The notes under the pieces: model-generated
Databases searched by the model: none
What the model was told of the DNA's origin: nothing
The model's input: only the letters and a program-made list of their open reading frames with translations
Assembly (NCBI GenBank): GCA_965263035.1
Contig: OZ253580.1
Coordinates: forward strand, 448,001 to 512,000
DNA: 64,000 bases
From: Acidobacteriota bacterium
GTDB lineage: Bacteria; Acidobacteriota; UBA6911; RPQK01; JAJDTT01
Direction of reading: 5' to 3'
Position numbers and translations under genes: made by a program
In this document: piece after piece, positions 9,618-19,600 of the stretch
How positions within the stretch are numbered: position 1 is the stretch's first letter
How the letters are laid out: every line of letters begins with the position of its first letter

Positions 9618-11045
9618 ATGTCCTTCAACCGAGCCCTGACCGTAGCGCTAATCGCAACTTTGCTCCCGACCGCCGCGCCTTACTTGCACGGCCAAGAGGA
9701 ATTGCGGAATGTCAATGGACTCATCTTCGACCTGAGGCACCCGGAGCTGGAGCGACGGAAGACGGCGGTCGTAGCGCTGGGAAAGCATCGGATTCGGCGG
9801 GCTGTCCCCGAACTGTCGAGGCTGGTCAAGGATCCGGATGACCTGCTCCGGACGGCGCTGGCCCGGGCGCTCGTCAAGATCAACGACATCAGGGCTCTTT
9901 CGGCCCTGATGACCCTCTGCCACGATTCCAGGAAGCAGACCCAACTCGTGGCGATGCGCGGACTGGTCAGTCTCTATGTGACCACTCCGGACGGCTTCAT
10001 CCAGGGGATGAAACGCGTCGTCGGTTTTGTGAATCCCGCGAATGATGACTACAACCCCCTGATCGTGGAACCTTACGTTTCCGTCAGCCCTGAAGCCATC
10101 GACACCCTGGCCACTTTGCTGAGCTCCCCGGACGCGGACATTCGCAGGAACGCCGCCTTTTCGCTGGGAATCCTTCGCGGCCGTCGAGGCCTACCTGCCC
10201 TCCAGGAAGCCTTGGAACTGGAGCCGGACAACGGCGCGAAGGTGGAGATGATCCGCGCCATTTACAAGATCGGAGATCCCGAAGGGGGCGTCGCACTGAT
10301 TCCCCTGATCTGGGACCCGGACAAGAAGGTTCACGACGAGGCCATCTTCGCTCTGGGACGCCTGAAGGTGGAATCAGCGGTCCCGGCGCTGACGGAGCTG
10401 TACAACAGCGGAGTCACGGAGCGGAAGAAGATTCTCGGCGGACTGGTCCCCGTGAGTCGCAGCGACGATCTGAGGCGGAAGACCCTGGAGGCCCTCGCCT
10501 ACATCGGCGATCCTGGCTCCCGGCCAATATTCATTGAGGCGATCGCGGACGAAAGAGCGACCTTCCGGCGGTATGGCGCCGAGGGTCTGGGCCGACTCGG
10601 AGACCCGGACCTCGTCCCCACGTTGGCGCCCATATTCCAGAGGGAAAAAGATCCCGAGGTGATACTGGCGGTGAGCTTCGCCCTCTTTCGTCTGGGCGGC
10701 GAGGAGCATCTCCCCGAGTTGGTGGACCAGATCAATACGGATCAAGTCTACTTTTATCTGTTGGAGCTGGAACCGGATGAGGTTCCCAAGCTCCATCCCC
10801 TACTCCCGCTGCACACCAGGGATCCCGCCGTTCAAGTCCGCCTCCTGGACGTGATCGGTCAGCGCGGCGACGCCTCTTCCCTGGAGGTGGTGGAACCCCT
10901 GACCCGGAGCGAGAACTCCGACGTGATCTCCTCGGCAAATGTAGCCCTGAGGCGGCTGCAGGGCCGGCATCCCGGTGCGACCTTGAGTTCCATGGTGGTC
11001 GCCCCGGGCGGCACCGGTACCGGTGCCGCTATACCGGCGAACTGA
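9618..11045 (+). CDS. Exported HEAT/PBS-lyase repeat protein
   Basis: GGAGG RBS before ATG 9618; signal peptide; repeated R..AA.ALG.IGD units. Confidence 0.85.
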   Translation: MSFNRALTVALIATLLPTAAPYLHGQEELRNVNGLIFDLRHPELERRKTAVVALGKHRIRRAVPELSRLVKDPDDLLRTALARALVKINDIRALSALMTLCHDSRKQTQLVAMRGLVSLYVTTPDGFIQGMKRVVGFVNPANDDYNPLIVEPYVSVSPEAIDTLATLLSSPDADIRRNAAFSLGILRGRRGLPALQEALELEPDNGAKVEMIRAIYKIGDPEGGVALIPLIWDPDKKVHDEAIFALGRLKVESAVPALTELYNSGVTERKKILGGLVPVSRSDDLRRKTLEALAYIGDPGSRPIFIEAIADERATFRRYGAEGLGRLGDPDLVPTLAPIFQREKDPEVILAVSFALFRLGGEEHLPELVDQINTDQVYFYLLELEPDEVPKLHPLLPLHTRDPAVQVRLLDVIGQRGDASSLEVVEPLTRSENSDVISSANVALRRLQGRHPGATLSSMVVAPGGTGTGAAIPAN

Positions 11046-11063
11046 CGGGCAACGCAGGGAGAC

Positions 11064-12533
11064 TCAGTCCAGTCCCAGGCGAGGCCAGAGCCGGTCCACT
11101 CGCTCCCGGACATCATCATCCATGATGATCTCGTCGGGCCAGTCCCTCTGGAACCCCTCTTCCGGCCATTTCCGAGTCGCGTCGATCCCCATCTTGGATC
11201 CGAAGTTGGGCAGGCGGGAGGCGTGGTCCAGGGAGTCGACGGGGCCCAGCGTGAACTGGATGTCCCGCTCCGGATCGATATGGTTGAGGGCTCTCCAGAC
11301 AACCTCCGGGTAGTCGTTGAGATCGGCCTCCTCGTCCAGCACCAGAACGCACTTGGAAAACATGGCCTGACCCATCCCCCAGATAGCGCTCATGATCTTG
11401 CGGGCGTGTCCCGGATATCGTTTTCGGATACGGACCAGGACCAGATTGTGAAAGATGCCCTCGAAGGGCATGTGCATGTCCAGGATCTCCGGAAGCTGCT
11501 TGCGAATCAGGGGCAGGAAGATCCGCTCCACGGCATATCCCATGTAGCAGTCCTCCTGGGGAGGCTTGCCCACGATGATGGTCTGGTAGATGGGGTTTCG
11601 GCGGTGGGTGACGCAGGTCACGTGAAAGACCGGGTACTCGTCCGCCAGGGAATAGTAGCCGGTGTGATCTCCGAAGGGTCCTTCGGTGCGGAGCTCGTCC
11701 AGATTGACGTACCCTTCCAGAACGATCTCGGCATTGGCCGGAACCTCCAGGTCGACGGTCTTGCAGGCCGTCATCTGCACCGGTGACCGCCGGAGGAACC
11801 CGGCGAACATCATCTCATCCAGGTCGTCGGGCAAGGGAGCGATGGCGGAGAAGACGGTGGCAGGGTCCGCACCGATGGCGGCTGCCACTTCCATACGCCT
11901 TCCACCCGCATCGGCGCCGCCGATGCGGACGGCCTCTCGAAAATGCTGGGCGCCGTGCTTGTGGGTCTGCCAGTGCATGGCTGTGGTCCGTTCGTCGAAG
12001 ACCTGCATGCGGTACATGCCACAGTTGCGCTTTCCCGTCTCCGGATTCTTGCTGAAGACCAGGGGCATGGTGATGAAGCGGCCGCCGTCCCCGGGCCAGC
12101 ATTGGAGAATGGGGAAATCCAACAGCGAGAACTCTCCCGTCTTGACGACCTCCTGGCAGACACCCCGGCGCACCATCTTCGGCGTCAGGGACGCCAATTC
12201 GGTGAGCTTGGGAAGCAGTTTCAACTTGTCCATCGCACCCGAGGGGGCCTTCAGGTCCAGCAAGGCCTCGATCCGATCCGCAATCTGATTCACGGAATCG
12301 ACTCCCAGGGCCAGATTCATCCGGTTGTAGGAGCCAAGGGCATTAATGAGGAGCGGATGGTTTGACCCCTTGGGATTCTCGAAAAGCAAGGCAGGACCCA
12401 TGCGCTTCGAGACCCGATCCGTGATCTCGGCGATCTCCAGCACCGGGTCCACCGGTGCGTCGATGCGTCTCAGCTCTCCCTGTTGTTCCAGGACTTGGAC
12501 GAACTCTCTCAGATCCCGGTGCGGGTACCTCAT
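11064..12533 (-). CDS. ubiD: UbiD-family (menaquinone biosynthesis type) decarboxylase
   Basis: DLREFV..LE..GEL, WPGDGGRFIT, EGPFGDHTGYY, GSKMGIDATRK. Confidence 0.93.
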   Translation of the reverse strand: MRYPHRDLREFVQVLEQQGELRRIDAPVDPVLEIAEITDRVSKRMGPALLFENPKGSNHPLLINALGSYNRMNLALGVDSVNQIADRIEALLDLKAPSGAMDKLKLLPKLTELASLTPKMVRRGVCQEVVKTGEFSLLDFPILQCWPGDGGRFITMPLVFSKNPETGKRNCGMYRMQVFDERTTAMHWQTHKHGAQHFREAVRIGGADAGGRRMEVAAAIGADPATVFSAIAPLPDDLDEMMFAGFLRRSPVQMTACKTVDLEVPANAEIVLEGYVNLDELRTEGPFGDHTGYYSLADEYPVFHVTCVTHRRNPIYQTIIVGKPPQEDCYMGYAVERIFLPLIRKQLPEILDMHMPFEGIFHNLVLVRIRKRYPGHARKIMSAIWGMGQAMFSKCVLVLDEEADLNDYPEVVWRALNHIDPERDIQFTLGPVDSLDHASRLPNFGSKMGIDATRKWPEEGFQRDWPDEIIMDDDVRERVDRLWPRLGLD

Positions 12534-12817
12534 CTCAGCCCTACCTTCCCCAGGAGGTCATCCAGTTCCTGCCGGAACGCCTCCCGGTTCAGATCGCGGC
12601 TCCCTTCGGGTCCGTCCACCCGAAACAACTCCGCGTGCCGGATCGCCTCCGCAGGCGAGGGCAAGCCCCTCAGCTCACTCAAGGCGAGGAACCGGCCGTA
12701 GTTGTTGGAGCGTTCCAGGCCCCCCGAACTCACACGGATGAAGCCGGTATCGGAGCTCCCCAGCCAGATCTGGCAATCCCGCAGCCGGCAATAGTCGGAA
12801 ATCTCTTCAAGGGTCAT
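12530..12817 (-). CDS. Hypothetical protein (95 aa) coupled to ubiD
   Basis: Stop overlaps the ubiD start; the longer track ORF runs through a REP repeat, so start set at ATG 12817. Confidence 0.6.
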   Translation of the reverse strand: MTLEEISDYCRLRDCQIWLGSSDTGFIRVSSGGLERSNNYGRFLALSELRGLPSPAEAIRHAELFRVDGPEGSRDLNREAFRQELDDLLGKVGLR

Positions 12818-12871
12818 GGCCAACAACTGGTTATTCTCCAATGCGGTCCATTCCAGGTCAAACCCCAGGTG

Positions 12872-12939
12872 GTGGGAGCGGCGGCTTTCTTGCTGCCGAA
12901 CAGGGGGTAAAGGGGGGACGGCAAGTCCCCCCTTTACAG
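12872..12939 (+). repeat. REP-like element, copy 1 (partial composite)
   Basis: GTGGGAGCGGCGGCTTTCTTGCTGCCGAACAGGGGGTAAAGGGGGGACGGCAAGTCCCCCC closely matches 60798-60852 and the reverse complement of 14440-14500. Confidence 0.85.
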
Positions 12940-13046
12940 TCTCGTTCGGTCGCGTGCGGAGCGTGTGACGAGGTGAACGAGTAGTGTGTCCAGGAAATCT
13001 GAGCGGGCGCTTTTCTGCCGCCCTCCGCCCAGCTAACCTGAGAGGC

Positions 13047-13922
13047 ATGTCAAATCAACACGAGGCCCTTCTGGGAGCGCACATGTCGATTGCGGGAGGC
13101 ATTCCCAAGTCTCTCGACCGGGCCATGGACGCCGGCTGCAACGTCCTCCAGATCTTCGTCAAGAACAACAACCAATGGCGGGGCCGGGTCCTGCTCGATC
13201 CGGAGGTCCACGAATTCCGGCAACGCTGGGCCGAATCCCCTATCCGCCAGGTCGTGGCCCACGACTCCTACCTGATCAATCTGGCGTCGCCCAAAGAGGA
13301 ACTCTGGGAACGGTCGATCGCCGCCTTCCTGGATGAGATGGATCGCTGCGAGCGGCTGAGCTTGAGCCATCTGGTCACTCACCCGGGAGCCCACGTGGGG
13401 GCCGGGGAGGCCTGGGGCATCGACCGGATCGCGGCGGCCCTGAAACGGATCCTGGAGAGAACGGCCTCCTACCGGGTCAAGATCGCCCTGGAGACCACCG
13501 CCGGCCAGGGGACCACGCTGGGTCACCGCTTCCAACATCTGCGGGACATCCTGGCGGGTTGCGGTTCTCCGGAGCAGATCGTGGTCTGCATGGACACGTG
13601 TCACGTTTTCGCCGCCGGCTACGACATCAGAACCGAGGAGGGTTACGCCGGCGTCATGGAACAGTTCGCACAGGCCGTGGGACTGGACAAACTGGAAGTG
13701 CTTCATTTCAACGACAGCAAGCGATCTTTCGGAAGCCGGGTGGACCGGCACGAGCACATCGGTCAAGGACATATCGGGAAAGCAGGGTTCGGCTGGTTTC
13801 TGAACGACCCCAGGCTGGTCCAGGTCCCAAAGTTGCTGGAGACCCCCAAAGAGAACGAGGGGGAGGCCGACCGGAGAAACCTGAAGGTGCTGCGCTCGTT
13901 GTTGGACAACCCTGAACCATGA
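13047..13922 (+). CDS. nfo: Endonuclease IV
   Basis: LLGAHMSIAGG, HDSYLINL, HPG, LETTAGQG, DTCH, HFNDSK, DRHEHIG, LETP. Confidence 0.96.
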   Translation: MSNQHEALLGAHMSIAGGIPKSLDRAMDAGCNVLQIFVKNNNQWRGRVLLDPEVHEFRQRWAESPIRQVVAHDSYLINLASPKEELWERSIAAFLDEMDRCERLSLSHLVTHPGAHVGAGEAWGIDRIAAALKRILERTASYRVKIALETTAGQGTTLGHRFQHLRDILAGCGSPEQIVVCMDTCHVFAAGYDIRTEEGYAGVMEQFAQAVGLDKLEVLHFNDSKRSFGSRVDRHEHIGQGHIGKAGFGWFLNDPRLVQVPKLLETPKENEGEADRRNLKVLRSLLDNPEP

Positions 13923-14317
13923 GCGCCTACACCGACAAGGAACGGGAAGAGATCATCCTGGAGTACTTCGGCTCTGCGTCCGAAGACGAGCCGCTCTGCC
14001 CCGACTGTGGAGAAGTCCTGGGGTTCCTATCCCGATACCCCTCAGGAGATTCTCCCTACCGGCTCCAGGTGGATTGTCCCGACTGCCACGCCCGATTCAT
14101 TTGGGAACAGGACCGGGACCGGGAGGCCTGGACCTCGATGCAGCTCTCCTACTGCCGGGAACGGCATCGTCAAGGTGAAACACCCCGCTGTCCGGTGGAC
14201 GATTCCTACGTTATCTGCACCGAGTTCAACGACGGCGCGGTGGAGTTTCGCTGTCCCTACTGCAACCGGAGCGGCCGGGCACGGGCGAGCGGAGGCTCAC
14301 CCATCCCCGAAGCTTAG
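13919..14317 (+). CDS. Small Cys-rich double zinc-ribbon protein
   Basis: CPDC, CPDC, CPVD, CPYC motifs; ATGA overlap with nfo. Confidence 0.75.
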   Translation: MSAYTDKEREEIILEYFGSASEDEPLCPDCGEVLGFLSRYPSGDSPYRLQVDCPDCHARFIWEQDRDREAWTSMQLSYCRERHRQGETPRCPVDDSYVICTEFNDGAVEFRCPYCNRSGRARASGGSPIPEA

Positions 14318-14345
14318 AATCTCAAAGTGCATCGAAGGGGCGGCC

Positions 14346-14524
14346 GGACGAGCGACATTCTTGTCGCCTGCCAGGAGGGGCGACTTTCTTGTCGCCCACT
14401 GGGACAGGCGACTTTCTTGTCGCCTGCTCCGGACTGAAGAGGGGGGACTTGCCGTCCCCCCTACCCCCCCTGAGCGGCGACAAGAAAGTCGCCGCTCCCG
14501 CTCGGCGGCTGGAAAGCCGCCGCT
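14346..14524 (-). repeat. BIME-like cluster of REP-like palindromes (copy 2)
   Basis: Four GGCGAC-TTTCTT-GTCGCC type hairpins, a GGGGGGAC-TTGCC-GTCCCCCC hairpin and a GGCGGCT-GGAA-AGCCGCC hairpin. Confidence 0.9.
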
Positions 14525-14590
14525 TGCGGGTGCTACCATTTGCCGCGATTTTTTCGCTTTTTGGTAACAGAACCGAGGGGGTAGAGAGAC

Positions 14591-15208
14591 ATGAAGAACT
14601 ACGTGGTCGAGTTCATAGGGGCATTCTTCCTGGTGCTGGTCATCGGATTGGCCTCGGGAGACCTGGCGCCGTTGGCCATCGGCGGTGCGCTGATGATCAT
14701 GGTCTACATGGGAGGCCACGTCTCGGGCGCCCACTACAATCCGGCCGTTTCCATCGCCTGTCTGGTCCGGGGCGCCCTGGACGGCGCCACTACGGGAATC
14801 TACATCGTGAGCCAGATCCTGGGAGCCCTGGCGGGAGCCTGCACGGCCACCTTCCTGAGCGGCCAAGCGACCACGGTGGCCCCCGGTGACGGCGTCAGCG
14901 CCACGAATGCGCTCCTGGCCGAGTTCCTCCTGACCTTCGCGCTGGCCTCGGTGGTCCTGAATGTCGCCACTTCCAAGGACCATCCGAACAACTCGTTCTA
15001 TGGACTGGCCATCGGATTCACCATCTTCGTCGGAGCCGTTTCCGTGGGTCCCATCTCGGGAGGGGCCTTCAACCCGGCGGTGGCGCTGGGCCACAACATC
15101 GTCTCCGGTTCGCTGGGGAACATCTGGATCTACCTGCTGGGACCTGTCGCCGGCGGCGTTGCGGCCTCACTCGTCTTCAAAATCACGAATCCTGACGAGT
15201 TCGCGTAG
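14591..15208 (+). CDS. Aquaporin (MIP family)
   Basis: SGAHYNPAV and SGGAFNPAV NPA motifs with multiple TM helices. Confidence 0.95.
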   Translation: MKNYVVEFIGAFFLVLVIGLASGDLAPLAIGGALMIMVYMGGHVSGAHYNPAVSIACLVRGALDGATTGIYIVSQILGALAGACTATFLSGQATTVAPGDGVSATNALLAEFLLTFALASVVLNVATSKDHPNNSFYGLAIGFTIFVGAVSVGPISGGAFNPAVALGHNIVSGSLGNIWIYLLGPVAGGVAASLVFKITNPDEFA

Positions 15209-15342
15209 TCGGTTTCCAACCGCCGGATCGGTACAGCGGGAAACCGGCCTCATCGGAAATCCGTTTTTGAGCATGATGGGCCCCCCACGCATGGTTCCAT
15301 TCCAATATTGAGTAAAATTAGGCATTATCGTATCATGAAGGA

Positions 15343-16620
15343 ATGGCCAGCTATGAACGGGCCCAAATCTCGACGCTCCTCGACCGCCTTGAGGAGACTC
15401 CTCACCGGCTGATCATCATCACCGGACCGCGCCAGACGGGCAAGACGACTCTTGTCGACCAAGCTCTGAATCGGATTCGACAACCTCATCACTATCTGGC
15501 CGTCGATGAACCTGAAACGGCGATGTTGCCCCCCTTCCCGAGGCTCGCCGAGGGCCTGACCGCGCCCTCCAAACAGTCGTTCATCCCACTCGGAGGCGAG
15601 AGAGACATACAGTGGCTGGTCCACCATTGGGAACGGGCCCGGATTGAGGCCAGCCGTTCGGAACGGGGCTTCGTTCTGGTGTTTGACGAGATCCAGAAAA
15701 TCCGGAACTGGTCCGAAGCGGTGAAAGGGCTCTGGGACGCAGACCGGCGCCACGGCCGCGCGCTCCATGTGGTCCTTCTGGGCTCGGCCCCGCTGCTCAT
15801 GCAGAAAGGGATGAGCGAGAGCTTGGCCGGCCGTTTCGAGACCATCCGTCTCCGACACTGGTCGTTTGCGGAGATGGCGGCGGCATTCGATTTCGATCTT
15901 GCGAGCTACGTCTATTTCGGAGGCTATCCTGGGGCCGCGCCGCTCACGCGCCAGCAGGACCGGTGGCGCGACTACATCCTGACCTCGCTGGTCGAGCCGA
16001 ACATCGAGCGCGACGTTCTCGCCATGCACCGCGTCAACAAGCCGGCGCTTTTGAAACGGCTGTTCGATCTCGGTGCCGGGTATTCCGGCCAGATCCTTTC
16101 CTACACCAAGATGCTGGGCCAACTGCAGGACGCGGGGAACACGACGACCCTCGCGCACTATCTTGATCTGTTGTCGGCTGCCGGTCTGATCACCGGGCTT
16201 CCCAAATACGTTGGGGGAGCTTATCGGCGCAGAGCTTCGAGCCCCAAGCTGAACGTGCTCAACACCGCACTCATGTCGGCTCAGTCCGACTACACGTTTC
16301 AGGAGGCCACGTTGGATCGCAGCTTCTGGGGACGACTGGTCGAAAGCGCGGTTGGCGCCCATCTGTACAACACGGGCACCCCCGAGCTTCGCATCTACTA
16401 TTGGCGCCACAACGTCCACGAGGTGGATTTCGTCCTGGAACGTGGCCGCCGCCTCGTCGCTATCGAAGTAAAAAGTGGCGTACAACGGCGAACCGTCAGC
16501 GGACTTCGAAAATTCGGCGAGCGCTTCAAAGTTGAGAACTCCATTCTGGTCGGTACGGGAGGCATCCCTCTGCCGGAATTTCTCTCGGTTCCAGCAAGAG
16601 AGTGGTTTGAAGGCTCATGA
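15343..16620 (+). CDS. AAA_14 ATPase with DUF4143 C-terminal domain
   Basis: GPRQTGKT, FDEIQ, LGSA...ESLAGR, FGGYP, EVDFV...AIEVKSG. Confidence 0.92.
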   Translation: MASYERAQISTLLDRLEETPHRLIIITGPRQTGKTTLVDQALNRIRQPHHYLAVDEPETAMLPPFPRLAEGLTAPSKQSFIPLGGERDIQWLVHHWERARIEASRSERGFVLVFDEIQKIRNWSEAVKGLWDADRRHGRALHVVLLGSAPLLMQKGMSESLAGRFETIRLRHWSFAEMAAAFDFDLASYVYFGGYPGAAPLTRQQDRWRDYILTSLVEPNIERDVLAMHRVNKPALLKRLFDLGAGYSGQILSYTKMLGQLQDAGNTTTLAHYLDLLSAAGLITGLPKYVGGAYRRRASSPKLNVLNTALMSAQSDYTFQEATLDRSFWGRLVESAVGAHLYNTGTPELRIYYWRHNVHEVDFVLERGRRLVAIEVKSGVQRRTVSGLRKFGERFKVENSILVGTGGIPLPEFLSVPAREWFEGS

Positions 16621-19600
16621 CTCATTACGTCGCTCGTACCTGTACCGAGATCCGTGAAAAAGACGAGCGGGGCGAGTCCGAAATTCGTTCCCGGTCTCTC
16701 GATGATTTTCGGGACCTGGATGCCTACGTGCTGCTCGGCGCGCCCGGAGCGGGTAAGACGGAGGCTTTCAAACGAGAAGCTGCAATGTGTCCTGACGGGC
16801 GGCGCGTTTCCGCGCGCAACTTGGTTAGGTCTACCGACAGGTACAGATGGCATGACGCAACCCTGTTCATCGATGGGCTCGATGAGATCCGGGCGGGGTC
16901 GACGGATGGGCGTACGCCGCTCGATCGAATTCATAGCAAGCTCAACTCCCTCGGATGCCCTCGATTTCGCCTGTCCTGCCGGGAGGCTGACTGGTTCGGA
17001 GCCAACGATCGAACTCACCTGAAAACGGTTTCGGCAGACGGCGAGGTCAGTGTGCTGAGACTAGACCCGCTGTCCGAGGACAATATCCGAGAGATATTGC
17101 GCCGAAATCTCCATATCCATGACGCCGACAGCTTCATCGCGTCGGCCCGCGAGAGAGGCATCAATGGATTGCTCCCGAATCCCCAAAGTCTGCGGATGCT
17201 GGCCGCCGCGGTCGCTGGTGGCCGTTGGCCCGAGACGCGGAAGGAAACCTTTGATTTGGCGTGCCGGACACTGCTCAAGGAACACAACCGAGAACATCAG
17301 ATAGCAAAGCGGGATGCTTTCGATATTTCCAGCCTGATGGACGTGGCGGGTCGCCTATGCGTCGTGCAACTACTGACAGGCAACGCCGGGTACGCCCTCA
17401 CCGGGAATGGAATCGGTGATACTGACTACCCGGGCTTGGAACAAATTCCGGGAGACAATCGTCCAATTCTACGACACACGTTGGGCACCAAATTGTTCGA
17501 GGGGCCCTCCGAGGGTCGATTAGCTCCCGTACACCGGCAGGTTGGCGAGTTTCTGGCTGCAAGATACCTCGCGAGTCTTATTGGCAAAGGCCTGCCTGTC
17601 GGACGGATTCTCGCCTTGCTGACGGGACATGACGGCGTCCCCGTGTCGGAGCTGCGCGGTCTTACGGCTTGGCTTGCAGCCCATAGCAAGACCAGCCGAT
17701 CGGAGATCATCGCACGGGACCCGCTCGGAACGATCCTCTATGGCGACGTTCGAGAATTCTCCACCCACGAGAAACGCCGATTGTTGGAATACCTGGATCG
17801 GGAAGCGAAAACGAAACCCTGGTTCTGGGGCTTGTTCGGAATGGATGCTCGGTTGGGAGATATCACCACGCCAGACATGGGAGAGGCAATCAGAGAGACA
17901 TTGCGTGACTCGGCGCGAGACGATGCGAGGCAATCCTTCGTTCGGATTGTACTCATGTCGGTCACGCATAACCGCGTCCTCGCAGGGCTTTCCGTTCCAA
18001 TAATCCAGATCGTGAGAGACGATAACTGGACCCCAGGAGTGAGACTTGCGGCTATTGACGCGCTCACGAGACAAATGGGCAAAACCGAAGCGGCAGTCGC
18101 CCGTCTCAAGTCGTTACTGGAGGACATCGAATCCGGATCGGTGTCCGACCCGGAGGATGAACTGTTGGGTTCCCTGCTGACCCAGCTTTATCCCGTGAAG
18201 CTGTCGCCAACCGAAGTCCTGCGATATTTTCGGAGACCCAAAGTCGCGCCATATATCGGTACATATTTATTGTTCTGGGTGAATAGAGTTCCGAATATCT
18301 CAACGAATTCTCAGCTTGCCCAGCTTTTGGATGCGATCGCCCGAGATTACCAGCAGTTGTCGCCTGAATTCGTGGGGCTCGAGGAACAAGTCAATCCCCT
18401 GCGCCGAGTACCCCTCTTACTGCTGAAGCGTTTTCTCGAAACTTTGGATAAGAACATTTCCCCGAATCGCCTCTTGAAGTGGTTGAAGATTGTATCAATT
18501 CCAGAGTTTCGAGAATCACCGGATCAGGTTGAATTCATCCGAAACTGGCTGATTTGCCGTCCCAGCTTGCTCCAGGAGACCCTCACACTAGGAGTAGAGC
18601 TTTGCGCCGATTCGGGGAATTTCTCCCACTGCGTAAATGAGATGGAGCGTCGCTTGTTTGACGTTCCGTGGCCACCGGAATGGTGTCTTGAGCAAGCGCT
18701 GTCCTCTACCAACCGCAACGTCGCCAGACATTTCATTCAAAGGGTCGCCGATTTTGTGCATGGACACCCGAGCGACGAGAGTCTTTCGCGAGGCAAGGTC
18801 AGGGACCGACTTGTTGAAAACCCCATTCTCATGCGTGCGTTCGACCAACGGCTGACGTTCTTCGGAGATATTATTACTCAGCAGAAGGACCAACGGTTGC
18901 AGTATGATGAGAATAAGAGACAGTTCAAGCAGGATTGGTGCGACCGCGTAAGTGCTCACAAAACGGCATTACGCGAAAATCGATGTCCACCCGCGTTACT
19001 CCACGATCTAGCCTTAGCGTATATGGGCCACTTCGTCAATGTTGAGGGTGAGACGCCTCTGGCCCGACTGGAAAACCTTCTGGACAACGACCAGGATCTG
19101 ATCCATGCCGTCTTGGAGGGACTTCGTGGATCGATCGAGCGAAGCGATCTTCCCCGCGCAGACAAGGTTTTACAACTTGACACTCAGAATCAGCAGCACC
19201 TTCTGACGTGGCCGTTCATGGCCGGATTGGAAGAGGCCACTCATACTGCTTCGAAACGCAAGTTCTCGCTTCATGAAAAGCAGATGCGCTTGGCCCTCAC
19301 GATTCATTTTACCGTCTTGATGCCCTTTGGCGCACCGCAGAGCCCGAGGTGGATTCCTTCATTGCTGACGTCCCATCCGGATGTAGTCGCTGAAGTTCTG
19401 GTTTCATCCGTCCGATCCAAGATCAATAGCAATGCAAATTTTGCTGACTACCTATACGAATTGGCGCAGTTGGAAGATCACGCAGAGGTCGCCCGTTTGG
19501 CTACATTACCATTGTTGAAGGTGTTTCCGGTGCGCTGTAGCAGACGGCATCTGCCAGCTTTGCAGGTATTGTTGGAAATGGCTCTTCGCCACTGTGAGGA

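Noticed and set aside
14346-14524. Possible mini CRISPR array
   Set aside because: Spacers are only ~10 nt and are conserved between loci, orientation is mixed, and there are no cas genes; it is REP/BIME-like.
15215-15234. TCCAACCGCCGGAT-CGGTAC resembling intron domain V
   Set aside because: It lacks the 3' strand of domain V and all of domain VI; better explained as part of a GGTTTCC/GGAAACC hairpin after the aquaporin, or as chance.
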